Of a stretch of 64,000 bases of DNA, positions 1 through 17,560 are shown piece after piece. Position 1 is the stretch's first letter, and every line of letters starts with the position of its first letter. Under the pieces are notes generated by a model. It worked only from the letters and a program-made list of their open reading frames with translations, searched no databases and was not told the origin of the DNA. A program made the translations under genes and the position numbers. The stretch is from Polymyxa betae A26-41 (lineage: Eukaryota; Protista; Endomyxa: Phytomyxea), in NCBI GenBank assembly GCA_003693705.1, contig RBZT01000499.1:310001-374000 (forward strand), in the 5' to 3' direction.

Positions 1-1058
1 CATCTCCGACGGTAGCGCAGAAGCTTGATTTTCGATCGAAGGCAACGATGATCGCGGCGATAACCGCGGAATTGACAGCTGGAATCTAGATGAAAGATCC
101 GATGCCTGGGCAGCCAAAGAGCAGAACGGCATATTGGCCATCGAGTCGGGAATCAATCCATTATTGACCAAACTCAGCACATTGGAATCTTTAGATTGCT
201 GACGTAAGAGGTGTGTCAGCAGCAATTGAACTTGCCTCAGCGTTTCCTAAACCATTTGTTATCGATCGATTTTGGAACAGAGCAAAAAAACCTTGTCAGA
301 AACTGGTTCATTGGTAGCAGCACTGGATGCTTTCGATTCGAGCCAATTTTTACGAAGTTCCTTCTCTGCCGCACTAGTCAAAGTCTCTGTTTTTTGGATC
401 TCGGCGAGTCTTGTCTCCATTTCCCGTTGTAGGCGACGGTTTTCGCTCTCGCGTTCCTTCTCAATCTCTTCAATTTCTCGAACCTCTTGTTTCTGTTTTT
501 GCACCATCTCTTCATGGAGACCTAAAACGATTTGAAACGACAATGCATACTACAAGTGAAGCACAAACTTGTTTCAGGATGATTGTGTAACCGGAGCTCG
601 TCTTGTATCATTGTGACGATTTCGTAAATCATCGATTCATTTAGCATGCCAGCCGCCTGGTTATTGATCCGATTCATTAAAGCAGCCAGTTCTTTCTTCG
701 ATAGGCCTTTAGAAGAGCGAAACTGAAACTGTGGAACGCTAGCTGGATACTCTCGATGAAGCCTAAATTGACTCATCTGAGTATATTAAACAATGCAAGT
801 AAAAAACAGAGACATAACGACAAGGTCGATGAACGAATGATTGCTTTCGGGCACAGCAGGATGTGGGACGACGTTAATGGAAAACGCTCGTGGATAATCA
901 TGATCGATTTCGATATTCTCGGTATCAGTCGACATTAGCCCGGCAAAAATAGCCTCCAGGGCCTCGATTTCTGTCTCCTGCTCTTCATTGACACGTTGTC
1001 GCCGAGCTAGCTCTCGATCTGACTCTTTCTCGCGCTGCTTGACACTGCGCTTCCGCAT
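1..1058 (-). CDS. GCN2: eIF2-alpha kinase GCN2-like protein, N-terminal RWD domain and charged coiled coil (multi-exon, runs off the window start)
   Basis: Spliced exons give EEQETEIEALEAIF...FRLHREYPASVP...ESMIYEIVTMIQDEL (RWD fold motifs), then LHEEMVQKQKQE and a charged helix as in the GCN2 N-terminus. The kinase domain is outside the window. Confidence 0.75.
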
Positions 1059-1439
1059 GGGCCGAAGCAGATGACGACCAGCTAATCCGGATCACCTTTA
1101 GTGACCCAGCGGAGCCGCGACGCAATTCCAACTTCAACGCCTTCGACAGACGTTTATCAGTTCTGAAGCCTTTTTTGATAAACAATGAAATTCTGTATTG
1201 ATAATGAAGAGACATCAAAATAGTAACGTTTCCTCAGTGAATGATGCTGGTCTAGTGGTTTCATGGCCATTTAGGGGGTTTCATAAGTCATTAGGTCATT
1301 ATGAGTCCTATCGCAGGTCGTAACGTGAACCTACCAGTCCATGCACGACTTGGAGTTTGCGGGGGTATCACTATCGTGTATGTTCTCGACTAATAAAGAC
1401 AGATGATACAGAGCGCAGCTTCACTCTCTATCGACAGCT

Positions 1440-3067
1440 ATGAACATTCTACCTCGGTATTTAATCATTCAGCAGGGCGCCCGGCGCCATCTTCCCAACA
1501 TTCTATCGGAGCTCAAGTGTACGCGCCCGTTGTTGATCACCGATCCCTTTATGCAAAAGCACGGACACGCTGATGAACTTCGGGAGATTATCGCTCAACA
1601 GCATAAAGCAAGTATGCTGCCGATGACTGCTAAGCAAAGGGCTAAACTGATTCGCAATTAGCTCTTGCTCTAGATGTATTCTACAAGACTGTCCCCGAAC
1701 CTGATACTAATTGCCTGAAAGAAGCGCTGGCGACGTTTCGTGATGGCAATTACGATTGCGTGGTTGCTCTTGGAGGAGGATCTCCCATCGGTTGGTAGCT
1801 AATAGATTAGCTCCTCTTGGAGCTCCCTTGCTTAGGGTCAAGAGTTTAGACATCGCCAAAGCTGTAGCTGTAATTGGGCATGGCGAACCTGATCTTAACA
1901 AATACAGAGTGCCGAATATTCCAAAGAATGGATTGCCAGTAATAGCGGTTAGGATATCATACCATCAAGCCTACATTAGCTGATTCTTTTGGAACAGATT
2001 CCTACAACAGCCGGAACAGGTCATTTCTGTCAAAGCTGTATTCAATCGAATCTAAAAAATACAATCAGGTTCGGAAGTGACGAAAGCAACGGTGATAACA
2101 GACTCAGATACTGAGGAGAAAATTCTGTGCATGGCGCCTTGCTTTCAGCCAATAGCAGCATTGGTTGATTACGAATATACATTAACATGCCCTCCTCCGC
2201 TTTCAGCATTCACTGGAATCGACGCGCTAACGCACGCCATCGAATCCTATGTATCGAAGTCTGTGACATTTGGCATGTTTGCCGCCGACTTTATCAAATA
2301 TCTCTCACAGAAAACGAAGCTTATTTACTGACGCAATGGCGCTTTCAGCAATGTCTGCCATTTGGAGAAATATCAGAACTGTTTGCAAGGATCCTAATGA
2401 GCATGAAGCTCGGCAAGCAATGATGAATGCAGCCACTTTAGCGGGTCGTTATCGTGCTGGTTTACATTTAGTGGCTAAATATTACGAACACAGGGATCGC
2501 ATTTTCGAACGCATCGGTTGCTCTTGTTCACGGGATGGCCCGTCCTATCGGGGCACACTTTCATGTTGCTCATGGATTGTCTAATGCAATGCTTCTGCCA
2601 ACCGTCACATCTTTCTCGATCAAAGCTGTAACTATACTGTTCTCGAAATGTTCGGGTCACTGAGAAGAGAATTAGGCAAAGTCTCGTTATGCAGATTGTG
2701 CTAGAGCCATGGGGATTGCTAATCAGAATGCCTCTGACGATGCGGCATGTGTAGATTTGATGCATGGTACATTGGACTTATTCGGTTGATTCATCGCGCT
2801 CAATATACACAAAATAGGGCTAATTGACTTAAACCAAGACCTGAAAGTTCCGAGCCCATTGGAATACGGCATTGATCGCAATAAATACGAGAAGTTATTG
2901 CCTGTAATGGTCAAACAGGCTTTGGCATCAGGGTACGATCATCGCGTGTTCATGTTGTACTGGAAAGATGTTTACGCACGTCCAGGTCTCCCAGTAACAA
3001 TCCGATTGTGCCCTCCGAAGAAGAAATGGCTGATCTTTATTTACGTGCGTTTGAAGGTCGCGTGTAA
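1440..3067 (+). CDS. Iron-containing alcohol dehydrogenase (multi-exon)
   Basis: Motifs GGGSPIDIAK, PTTAGTGSEVT, GIDALTHAIESY and AFSNASVALVHGMARPIGAHFHVAHG. The last exon ends SPSNNP...LYLRAFEGRV*. Confidence 0.9.
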
Positions 3068-3900
3068 TGACTTTTTAGCCAGGTTATATTCTGTTAACAT
3101 TGAGGCATATTCCGTTACTCGTCTAAACAAACCAACGATCGTAGTCGCCTCTTACCGTATCTTACATCAGTGTTCATAAAATTTCACAGATCTTTGATGC
3201 ACTTGATAGTCTTCCAAAATTTACCTGGACTGGACACGATCTCTGATTTACCAGTAGTCCCTCTAATTATCATCTATCTCACTCTTCACACTATTTGACA
3301 AACAACTTTAGCAGCTAGATATGTTTCAAAAATACATTCCTCGCGCTTGCTCTTCCTTTGACAGAACTTTTTACTGGACTGCGACGAGCGCAACGTTTCC
3401 AAACCACTCGATTTGTTGAGCTATTCCTGAATCCTGACATATGGTTTGTATAAGCAGATCTGAGAGCAAAACAACTTCCGCCTATAAGTAGGTTGTATTT
3501 CAGTATTAATACCATCAATCTGGCAATGCGTAATTGCATCGCATTCCACCTGAAACTTTGGTAATCTTTCTCATGCCAAAATAGTCTTTTCTGCAACAAT
3601 TGTTTTTCCTGGAACCTTTGAACACATTTTAAACAGCATTGAAAGAGGTATCAATCGTAGTTCTAATAGGGTTTTAAATAACTTGCTGATGCAGATTCAG
3701 TTGATGCCGCAGTCAATTGTCTCGCGGATATCAATACCTCCGAGTCCAGGTCAAAGCAATATAATTAGCGAGAAGTACAAGAACTAAACCAAAGTTTCAA
3801 GCAACGAAATCCAGAATCGGTGAGATCAATTAGATGAAAAGATAGATATATGTTATTAATTCAGTAGATGTATAATTATATCAATGGGCACTGCAAGACT

Positions 3901-9041
<5,141 letters not shown>

Positions 9042-9712
9042 TCCGGACTGCGCAATAGACAGCGCTGCGGAAATTCCTATCTATCAGCTTAGATGTTAGA
9101 AATCACCATAAACGATCCAAGATTCCGAGTAATTACCTAGCTTGTATGGTCCAAGAATTACACAACGATAACAACTGCAGAATTCAATATGTTTATAGAT
9201 AGCTGCATGCGAAATTCGTTGTATCCATCTCAAGAATATGTAAGCCGTTCACGGCCAGACCCTTAGTCCAAACAAAGCTGAAGCGAAGCCCAGCTCAGAA
9301 CAAGCCAAGTAAACGAGATGGTGCCTGACCGAGATCATTTCGAAATGGCAAACCATACGATAAATAAACAATGAGAGAATAGCGCTGGAAGGGGTCACCC
9401 TCAATCCTGTGTATTATGTTACTTACAAAGATGTTTCCATGACTGTAAAGGGCTGCTGTTCAGCTCTGCAGTTATGGACACAATTTAAGTGATAGAAACA
9501 CATAGATGACGTCATGGCGGTTCCGGATGCCGAACAGTCCTGGCGGGTGATTCATGGTCCGGCTGATCTGAATTGCGACGTTCTTCAATCGCAGAAGTAC
9601 ATATTTACATTAACTGCATCATATTGGAAACCCGGGCCGATTATTCTTCGTTGAGCTACGGTGTCTCAGCCCGACATCCTTGACCTCGCAAAATTTCAAT
9701 CACTTTGGATAG

Positions 9713-10912
9713 ATGACATCTTGGTCTCCATCTGGTATCATATTTGCTTATCTAACTTCATTAAGTCAAGACGTTGATGCTAGACTAGCGAAGGGAAATT
9801 TCAACCAAACCCATTGTCGAATAGCACCACCTGCCTTGGTTTCTTTCCACAATCGCAATATCGTTCCTGATGATTTCTACCGTCCGAACGTGTTCGTCTG
9901 GCTTCCGCAAGTCTTACGGGCATCTCTGCGAATTCAATGCCCGAAATGCAATGGAATCGCAATCACCGAGCGCGGATGGATCTTCAGACGAATTGTCGAT
10001 GTGAACGCTAGCTGCTTTGTTCTTGCTAAAGAATATGCTTGTAATAGCTGTGTCGAAGCTGCATCCGAAAGTGCCGTCTTCTCCACTTGCGATTCCAATG
10101 TGCTGCGTGAATTCCCAAGCGATATTCAATCTGCATTCCCTGCTATTATGGTTCCAGGCACCGATGGTGGCCTATCAAGGACTGTCGTCAATTTCATTCA
10201 GGCGTGTAGTAAGAGCAATCTTACTCTGGAAGTCGCGCATAGCATCGTCGTCGACATGCATATGGCTCGGTATATCGAACGCAAAGCAGCATTCGAAGCG
10301 AGCGCTGCTCAGGCGATACAGAGTGACGTTCCCGACAGCAGCAGCGATGATGGCAGTTTAATGATCTCCGAACCGAAATTCTTCTCGACCTTTGACGATA
10401 TCAAAGGATATGGAGGGTTCATTCCACCGGCCGCATATCTACGACCATTCTTTGATGGTATAAATGGTGTCAGGCCTGATGCTGCTCTATGGGCTGGATC
10501 GGTCGTGATCGCTGCGACTGAGATCATGACGGTTCCGATTGTTCCAGCAATCAGCATCGAGAAGAAGCCGCCGACCATGTCGAATCATACGTCGCCAGAT
10601 ACAGGATCGAGTGAACCAAAGAGGAAGAGGAGGCCTAGACGTTGTCAGAACAGGATAATGGTGAACGGCGAAGTGGTAATATGCGGCTTAATGGATTGTC
10701 CCGGTAGAGGAGGACAGAAATTCTGCAAAAACTTCTCGGGCGCGCGATATCCGAGCAACGAAATCGGCGGTGAGGTTTCTGTAAGTCAAGATCCCGAAGA
10801 CCTATCGAAGCTTTCCACTCTGGCGACTTTGGTTCGTCCAACAAGAGATGCTGGACTTCCTGTAAGAGAAAGCGAACTAGTTGCAATGGAAGCCTTACAA
10901 AACATGATATAA
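9713..10912 (+). CDS. Intronless protein with a DUF6729-like Cys-rich N-terminal domain and a C-terminal basic-Cys4 module (possible domesticated transposon protein)
   Basis: FYRPNVFVWLP..IQCPKC..GW..RRIVD..EYACNSC..FP pattern, GYGGFIP motif, and C-terminal KRKRRPRRCQ...CGLMDCPGRGGQKFC. Family recognised from memory of the motif pattern. Confidence 0.6.
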   Translation: MTSWSPSGIIFAYLTSLSQDVDARLAKGNFNQTHCRIAPPALVSFHNRNIVPDDFYRPNVFVWLPQVLRASLRIQCPKCNGIAITERGWIFRRIVDVNASCFVLAKEYACNSCVEAASESAVFSTCDSNVLREFPSDIQSAFPAIMVPGTDGGLSRTVVNFIQACSKSNLTLEVAHSIVVDMHMARYIERKAAFEASAAQAIQSDVPDSSSDDGSLMISEPKFFSTFDDIKGYGGFIPPAAYLRPFFDGINGVRPDAALWAGSVVIAATEIMTVPIVPAISIEKKPPTMSNHTSPDTGSSEPKRKRRPRRCQNRIMVNGEVVICGLMDCPGRGGQKFCKNFSGARYPSNEIGGEVSVSQDPEDLSKLSTLATLVRPTRDAGLPVRESELVAMEALQNMI

Positions 10913-11029
10913 TCCACTACAAATGCAGTGTCTTATTAACCAGTAAACATCGAATCCCTCCGTTGTTTTTCCACCGAAAATCGTTTCCACGCATTGCGAA
11001 TTGGTTGGTTTTCTGGACGGTGACCCCAA

Positions 11030-11516
11030 ATGGAAGACCGCCTCCGCATCGTCACCGAATCCTGCGATCAGCTCGTGACGGAAGCGTCGCGAATCTTATC
11101 GGCCATATCAGCGCCGGGACCCGTGGCCGACACCGATTTCGGTCTGGTCAACAATATCGAAGAGATAGAAACGACTGTTCATGCGCAAAGTTAGTCAGAC
11201 ATCTCGCTATACGCCACCTTTATAACTAATTTGGCTTCTTACTTCAGGAATGGTGCAAGCCGCTGAGGCTCTCGCTAACGTCATCCACGACTTGAGAATT
11301 TCCTGGGCCTTATACGATAACAATAGGCATTTGAAGCAAGTCAGCAGCTCGATCGAAGCCGCTAACGAACAGTCCGAGATCACCAAGTACAAAATCAGCC
11401 GGCTGCGATCAGAAGTCGAACAGGCATTATCCGAATTATCGTCTCATTACCCAGCCAGCAAATCACCCTCGATTTCAAGTTTTATACTCTCCGATTCTGA
11501 TTATAATGTTAAATAA
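11030..11516 (+). CDS. MED22: Mediator head subunit Med22 (Srb6), one intron at about 11190-11247
   Basis: Spliced MEDRLRIVTESCDQLVTEASRILSAI...ETTVHAQRMVQAAEALANVIHDLRISWALYD...ISRLRSEVEQALSELSSHY aligns by eye with Med22 [24 protein letters not shown]...LYELEEEY. Confidence 0.75.
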
Positions 11517-11547
11517 ACAGACCATCCGTCCATTAATAAATGTATTA

Positions 11548-12372
11548 TTATATGAGATTCTGCAGGGCCTCCATGGCGACGGCGACGAGTTCGCTATCCC
11601 GAACTGGACGAATCAGAGTTGCTAATGTGGACAGCTTTCCTTCGTTGTTTGGTGGCTCATGCGCCGGTGAAATGAGGGAGAACGGATGCCCTTCGGTAGA
11701 TAACGGCGGTGGCTGCTGCCTCATCTGGGGCTGGTGATGCTTGGCATCGCCTGTGAAATTCTTACAGAATTTCTGTCCGCCCCGACCCGGGCAGTCGATC
11801 AGACCGCAGACAATGGTTTCGCCATTCACGACGATTCGGTTCTGGCATCGTCTTGGGCGTCGTTTTCTCTTCGGCGGATCAGACCCAGAGCCAGGCTTTC
11901 CCGGATCGAGGCCTTCCAACACCGGGTTCGGCTTCACTCTCTTTTTCCTGCTTAGGCTCGCCAGGTGAATATTTTCTGGCGAAAGTGTTGCATCCAACGT
12001 CGATGAGTTAAATATGCTGTTGTCCAACGGTCTCTCCAACGACAATCTCGACGACACGCCCTCCTGGTCGATTGCGAAACTCGATGTGGCATCGCCCTCC
12101 TCAAGAATTTCGGTTCTCTCACAAAAGGATAAATTATCAAAGAAGTCCACCTCGGGGAGTGGAGCGAATCCGTCGCGTTCTCCTGGAAGCATTGCGGCCT
12201 CATGGTCGCTAGTCACGGGTGTATGCAATTCGGGAAACAAATCATAACCGGTAGCGACAGCTAGAGCAACCTCATTTGCATCAAATTTAACGCCTCGAAC
12301 CGCGAATCGCTCGAGTTCGGGGGAGACCACTATCCTCGGGTGCGCGCTGATAGTTTCGGCCGCTTGCATCAT
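11548..12372 (-). CDS. Protein sharing the basic-Cys4 module and C-terminal tail with 9713..10912 (truncated paralogue; 5' exon uncertain)
   Basis: KRKRRPRRCQNRIVVNGETIVCGLIDCPGRGGQKFCKNF and KLSTLATLIRP-VRDSELVAVAMEALQNLI are nearly identical to the upstream gene at protein level. Confidence 0.75.
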   Translation of the reverse strand: MMQAAETISAHPRIVVSPELERFAVRGVKFDANEVALAVATGYDLFPELHTPVTSDHEAAMLPGERDGFAPLPEVDFFDNLSFCERTEILEEGDATSSFAIDQEGVSSRLSLERPLDNSIFNSSTLDATLSPENIHLASLSRKKRVKPNPVLEGLDPGKPGSGSDPPKRKRRPRRCQNRIVVNGETIVCGLIDCPGRGGQKFCKNFTGDAKHHQPQMRQQPPPLSTEGHPFSLISPAHEPPNNEGKLSTLATLIRPVRDSELVAVAMEALQNLI

Positions 12373-13016
12373 CCCTGGAACAGCACAAGATTAACGGCCG
12401 AATTGGGTGCCGGCCACCGCCCACTGACCGCGAACAATTCTCCAATCGGCTATGTGATGCGTTGCATTATCCAGCGGATTATCAAAGGGGGTTGGGTCGT
12501 CCGGAGCTAAATGCTCCATGCAGATAAGATATCGGGATGGGCGAAATTGGCTGTTAGGCCAACATGTGGTGACGGTGCTTCCGCCCCGCCACCCCAGTCG
12601 CCCGCTCGCGGATTTTCATGATCAACTGCGCTCTGCCCTTGAGGCGCCTGTCGGCGCAACCCCAACCCACCTGCCTGGCACTTGGGCCCGCAAAGTGCGC
12701 CTCAAAGGCGTGTACAGTACAGGTAGCAGTGCGTTGCTGGTCGACGTCCGGTCGTCGCTGTTGGCGTCGTGCGAAGCGATTTTTGGGTTCGTAGCGATCC
12801 GGGACATTTGCGGATGTGATTTCGGGGTCGTAATCGCGCCTGCGAAAGTAGTATACGCACGAATCGGGAGAGTGAACATAAGGCAGAAAGAAGGCCGTCG
12901 TAGTCGTAACTGGATAAGTTCAATTATCCGCGAGTACAGATGTTTGTCTGGCTTCTGGACTAGGAAAAATAATAAATATTCACATTAAACAATTTTAATT
13001 AAAAAATGTTGGGATA

Positions 13017-14351
13017 TCAACTGGATTTTTCAAACAAGGCAGCATATTCGATAACCAATCGATACGCATAGCAGCGAAAATCGACGTCGCGAATAACCTT
13101 GGCGGCTGTTTCTGCTGCATTATGTGCAATAGCTTCGGCTTTGTCTGGATTCCTGACAGCCCAAGCGATCTTTTCGTCCAAGTCGCTGAGTGATAGATCG
13201 ACAGGAATATAATGCTCCCATGGAGAGATACGTTCATGAAACCCTACTTGAATTGTAAACACAGTAAAACCGAAACCAGATTGGCTTACATTGATAGAAA
13301 TCGCCAATCTTAAGCACAACCGTCCCAGATCGTAGAAGAGGTGCAAACCTTGCTGAAAACGCATTTCCATCGATGTCGATCACATACTGATGATAAGAAA
13401 ACCACTCGAATGCAACATGCTTACGCATAGAAAATGCGAACTCTTTCTTGGCAATTTCACATTCACTGTCGTCATGACATTGCAGAACCTCTGTGAAGCC
13501 GATATCAGCTGGAATACCGCCGATGACGGTCCCTGGACGACCGAACTTGGAGACCAACTGAAAGCGAGGTGCACTCCTCCAATCTAAATCCGGAGAGATG
13601 AAAGCCCCGGTTGTCGTCCCTCTCCAGACGACAGCCTTCTCTCGTCTTTTCCAATCTTTCATTCCCCACATAATAGCATCTTCCGGATGCCATAAGAACA
13701 CCCCGACATCGTATGGAAAACGAATATCGCCATTTCGACCATCTTTATGGACCGACCAAGACATGATTGGCTTCTTATTGGAAGCGTCTTCTGAGAGTTG
13801 GACATAAGGTCTATCATCCCAGTTGACAGCCATTGTGAATCGAAGACCGGGCGTCTTTAACACAGGCTGCAGCATCCAGCGGATATAATCGGCCCTGTCA
13901 CTAGGCAAATCTATAAACAGCCTTCCGTCCTCGACTTTGACAAGCCTGCACGTCGGACACGATGATGCTGCTGTCAAAACATCGTTCTCCGTCAGGCCAG
14001 ACTGCCGGAATCGTTCTATTAGGGGGAATCAGAGAGACAACTCTGGGACGAATTCGTGAAATTACCTAGATCGGCGTAGATAGTCTCATATTGGTCTAGA
14101 GGGCAGGAATGCTTCTGAGCGTACATCAACCAATGCATTAATAATGGTGGTGGCGGCCTTCCTCGCTTCAATTCGTAATCTTTCGAAAACTGCTCCCAGA
14201 CGGACGTCTCTCGAGGCTTGTTGATGGTATTGAGCTGATACAAGATTACCAACAGGAAATACAATAGCCCGATGAGTATAGACAGTCTCATCGGTACACG
14301 TCTCGGTGCTGAGGACAGCCAGATTGGCTTGGAAAGCATATGCCGGGCCAT
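13017..14351 (-). CDS. Glycosyltransferase family 90 (CAP10/Rumi-like), type II membrane protein, two introns
   Basis: N-terminal TM helix, VWRGTTTG, YVIDIDGNAFSARF, and PWEHYIPVDLSLSDLDEKIAWA...AEAIA. Confidence 0.9.
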
Positions 14352-15098
14352 CGCAGTTATCCAAACTGTCTTGCAATCGAATTTTAATGCACAGCCGCTA
14401 GTGGCTGTGAATCGTGCCTGAGCAGACGTCGGAAACCCAGTAATCAGCAGATCGCCATCAAAAGGACAGAATCTAAAAGGCAGAAAGCAACAGGACGGAG
14501 TTTATGACTTTATGGTATCAAACTCTCGGAGCGGGCTTCAATAAGGCAATTGTCACACGAACCAACGATGCCAAGCCAGGCATCATTAGCAATACAGATT
14601 AGATATGCAAGAAGCCTCGAGATCTCGGCTCGGATTTATGGCTTGGAAAAAACGACCTCAGCTTAGAAAAAAATGAAGTCCGAACAAGTCAGAGTTTATA
14701 CATCTACGACAGTCTCTGCGATTCTGAAAATTCGAACAAGCCACATTCCGCATGCTCTCTGGAAAGACCATGCCATCATGGTAGAAGACGATCTCGTGAA
14801 ACTCGGCCTCTAGGTTGATTCCAGGAACAACACAGGCACCCCCTAATAACTTTGGAATTATCTTGATTCAACTGCCCTGGACTACATTCTCAAGGTGTTG
14901 AGACGTCCAACGTTCTGATTGCAGCAAGCTTGCTGAAATTATATCACAAATGTTTTAACAGATGTTGAAGATTCCGTAATGGTGAGAGGCTGTGAGCGCA
15001 ACCCTAAATCATACGAAGTGACTGTATTTAGTATTTACAGATTTGATATCATAATCACAAATCAATATTGATCGGTTATCAGTTAGATCGTCGCTGTT

Positions 15099-16290
15099 AT
15101 GTCGCAGGCCGAGTGGTGTACAATCGAGTCGGATCCTGGAATCTTCACTGAGCTGATCCAAAATTTCGGTGTTGCTGACGTCCAGGTCGAGGAATTATAT
15201 GATCTAAGCCAGGTCCATGATCTCAGTCCTGTTTATGGGCTGATTTTCTTGTTCAAATGGTGATAGGCAAACTGTTTCTATCTTTATTTTGTTTAAAGTT
15301 GTCTATAGGCAGAAAGAGCATTATGAATCAAATGATTCAATGCTTGCAGATGACATACAGGGACTGTTCTTTGCCAAACAAGTAACGGCACTGCCTCCTT
15401 TGACTATCGTAGGCCCAATGATGTCGTTTAGGTAGTTCAGAATGCATGTGCTACACAAGCGATCGTGTCGATATTACTGAATTGCTCGAAAATCGATATC
15501 GGCCCAGAGCTTCGTGACTTTAAAGAGTTCGCTCTTGAATTGCCTCCCGATATGAGGGGATTGGCTCTTGCTAATTCGCAAACTATTCGCGAAGCTCATA
15601 ATAGCTTTGGCAGACAAGAATCGTTTGAGATCACCGATCTAGGCAAAGACAGGAAAGACGACGATGATGCCTTTCATTTTATCTCGTACATCCCGTTTCA
15701 AGGCAAACTTTATGAATTAGATGGGTTGAAACCTGCTCCAGTTGTGATCGCTGATGCCACCGACAACGACTGGCTGGAGACGATTATCCCGGTCATTCAG
15801 GAGCGAATTCAAAAATATTCGGAAACCGAAATCAGATTCAATCTCAGTAAGCTGAGTCATAGTCTGTTTCTCATCACGATCTAAAAATTTCGTAGTGGCA
15901 GTAATCGGCAACAGAGAGAAAGTGCTGAAAGAAAGGTTATCTGAAATGGAAGCTCGTCGTAATGAAGCTGTAGCTCGATTAAGCGAAACGGGGACTCCAG
16001 AAGGCCGGCAAAAATTCGACTTGCCTCAAGGCAAAAACGAACTCTATGTCGCCGTGTCTGCGATGGATTCGGAAATTGACATGATCAAAGACACTATCGA
16101 ATCCGAGAGGCGCAAATTTGCCCAATGGAAGATGGAGAACGAACGTCGCAAACATAATTATATCCCTTTTGTATTCAACTTGCTGCAAAAGTTGGCTGAA
16201 AAGAATCAGCTCAAAGGCCTTATCGATAAAGCCAGAACGAAACAGCAGGATCGCCGAGCTAACAATCAGGGTAAACCTACCAATGCTTAG
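15099..16290 (+). CDS. UCHL5: Ubiquitin C-terminal hydrolase UCH37/UCHL5
   Basis: [43 protein letters not shown], and the C-terminal [18 protein letters not shown]. Confidence 0.95.
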
Positions 16291-16603
16291 AGTATTGACT
16301 TAACCTTTATCTATAATGTGTTTGTCATTATTACAACATCACCCGAATCAAAAAGTGTCGATTACGGCAGCTATTCGGATATTCTTCCATCTATTTTGTA
16401 ATCTGTTGTCAAATCTGTGCATTTGTAAAAGCCTCTTGAACTGGTTAACATTCATGAATGTTATTTTAAATTACTACATATGTCATGACTCATGCATGTT
16501 ATCTAAATTATTTCTTGGTATATTTTTGTTTGTTTGGTAAAATAGGTAGAGAAATGCGCGGTCATGAAAGAATTTTCAGATTGTACTGTATGCTTGTAGA
16601 ATT

Positions 16604-17501
16604 ATGGGCAAGAAAACTTTGTCATATCTGAGGAAACGCAAGAAGTCCAAGACTTCTTGCAATCAGTTAGATCAGGCACACAATTTGAAGAAGTCTCGGC
16701 CCCTAATCGACGAATGGCATCGCCTAGAGAAAGAGTTAGCTCAGGCTAAGACTCCAGAAGAAGCCGCCCAAACAAACGTATACATTTGAACATTGACAAT
16801 GCCACAAAAGGTTTATTGGGCTTTCTAGGTGAAAATGGAAGAATTCGGAGGCTTGCAGAGATACCAAGATGGTGAGCCATGCGTGTGATTAAATTGTTTT
16901 GACGCTGATCGGTTTCTCAGCCTCCATTACATACCAAGTTAAATCTGTGTCGAAATTCAATGCAGCCAAATGGGTCACTTCTTGTCTGAAGAAGCGAGAT
17001 CGTCCAATCCGGCTTCTGGATGTCGGCGCGCTTACAAACCACTTTCTTCCGTTTTCGTCATGGATTGATTGCACAGCTATCGACCTGAATCCTCGCCATC
17101 CGTCTGTTCTAAAATACGACTTTTTCGATTATCACCCGGGCGATGTTCGATTCGATGTGGTAGTTCTGTCACTGGTTCTAAACTACGTCCCCTGTAAGAC
17201 CAAACGAGCATTGATGATTAAGCAATCAGCAGAGCTGCTCGCCGATCTTAACAGCGCGCTGTTTATTATTCTTCCCAAAGCGTGCACTGAAAATTCCCGC
17301 TATTTAAACCAAACTACGTTCGTCAATGGTCTGAAGAAATTCGGCTTGGAGCCCGTCGATTCCCATTGCAAATCATCGACGAAGCTTTCTTTCTGGATGC
17401 TTAGAAAGTGTGCTCCTGACGAATCAGTTTGCATGCCTAACAAAATATTAAGATCAGGAGACGGTCATAACAACTTCCGAATTGATTTCTCCGGCGTTTA
17501 A
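16604..17501 (+). CDS. BMT2: Bmt2/SAMTOR-family SAM-dependent methyltransferase (25S rRNA m1A-type)
   Basis: GGLQRYQDAS, LLDVGAL, IDLNP, DFF, LSLVLNYVP, CTENSRY and C-terminal GHNNFRI. Confidence 0.8.
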
Positions 17502-17560
17502 TTTAAATATGAATATAAAGATGTATTGCATAGTTGTTGATAAATGCTTTTCTGAGATCA

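Noticed and set aside
1245-1262. tRNA A-box-like gctggtctagtggtt
   Set aside because: No T-arm/B-box or cloverleaf downstream.
3315-3800. Minus-strand ORF fragments between ADH and RPC1
   Set aside because: I could not build a consistent spliced gene or recognise a motif.
12518-12988. 156-aa plus-strand ORF and overlapping minus-strand ORFs
   Set aside because: GC-rich region upstream of the 11548-12372 gene with no motif; likely promoter or UTR.
14500-14820. Possible HTH/transposase relic
   Set aside because: Interrupted by stops, no TIRs, and similarity too weak to support.
15000-15008. aaccctaaa as a telomerase template or telo-box
   Set aside because: Single short match with no supporting snRNA-type promoter or structure.
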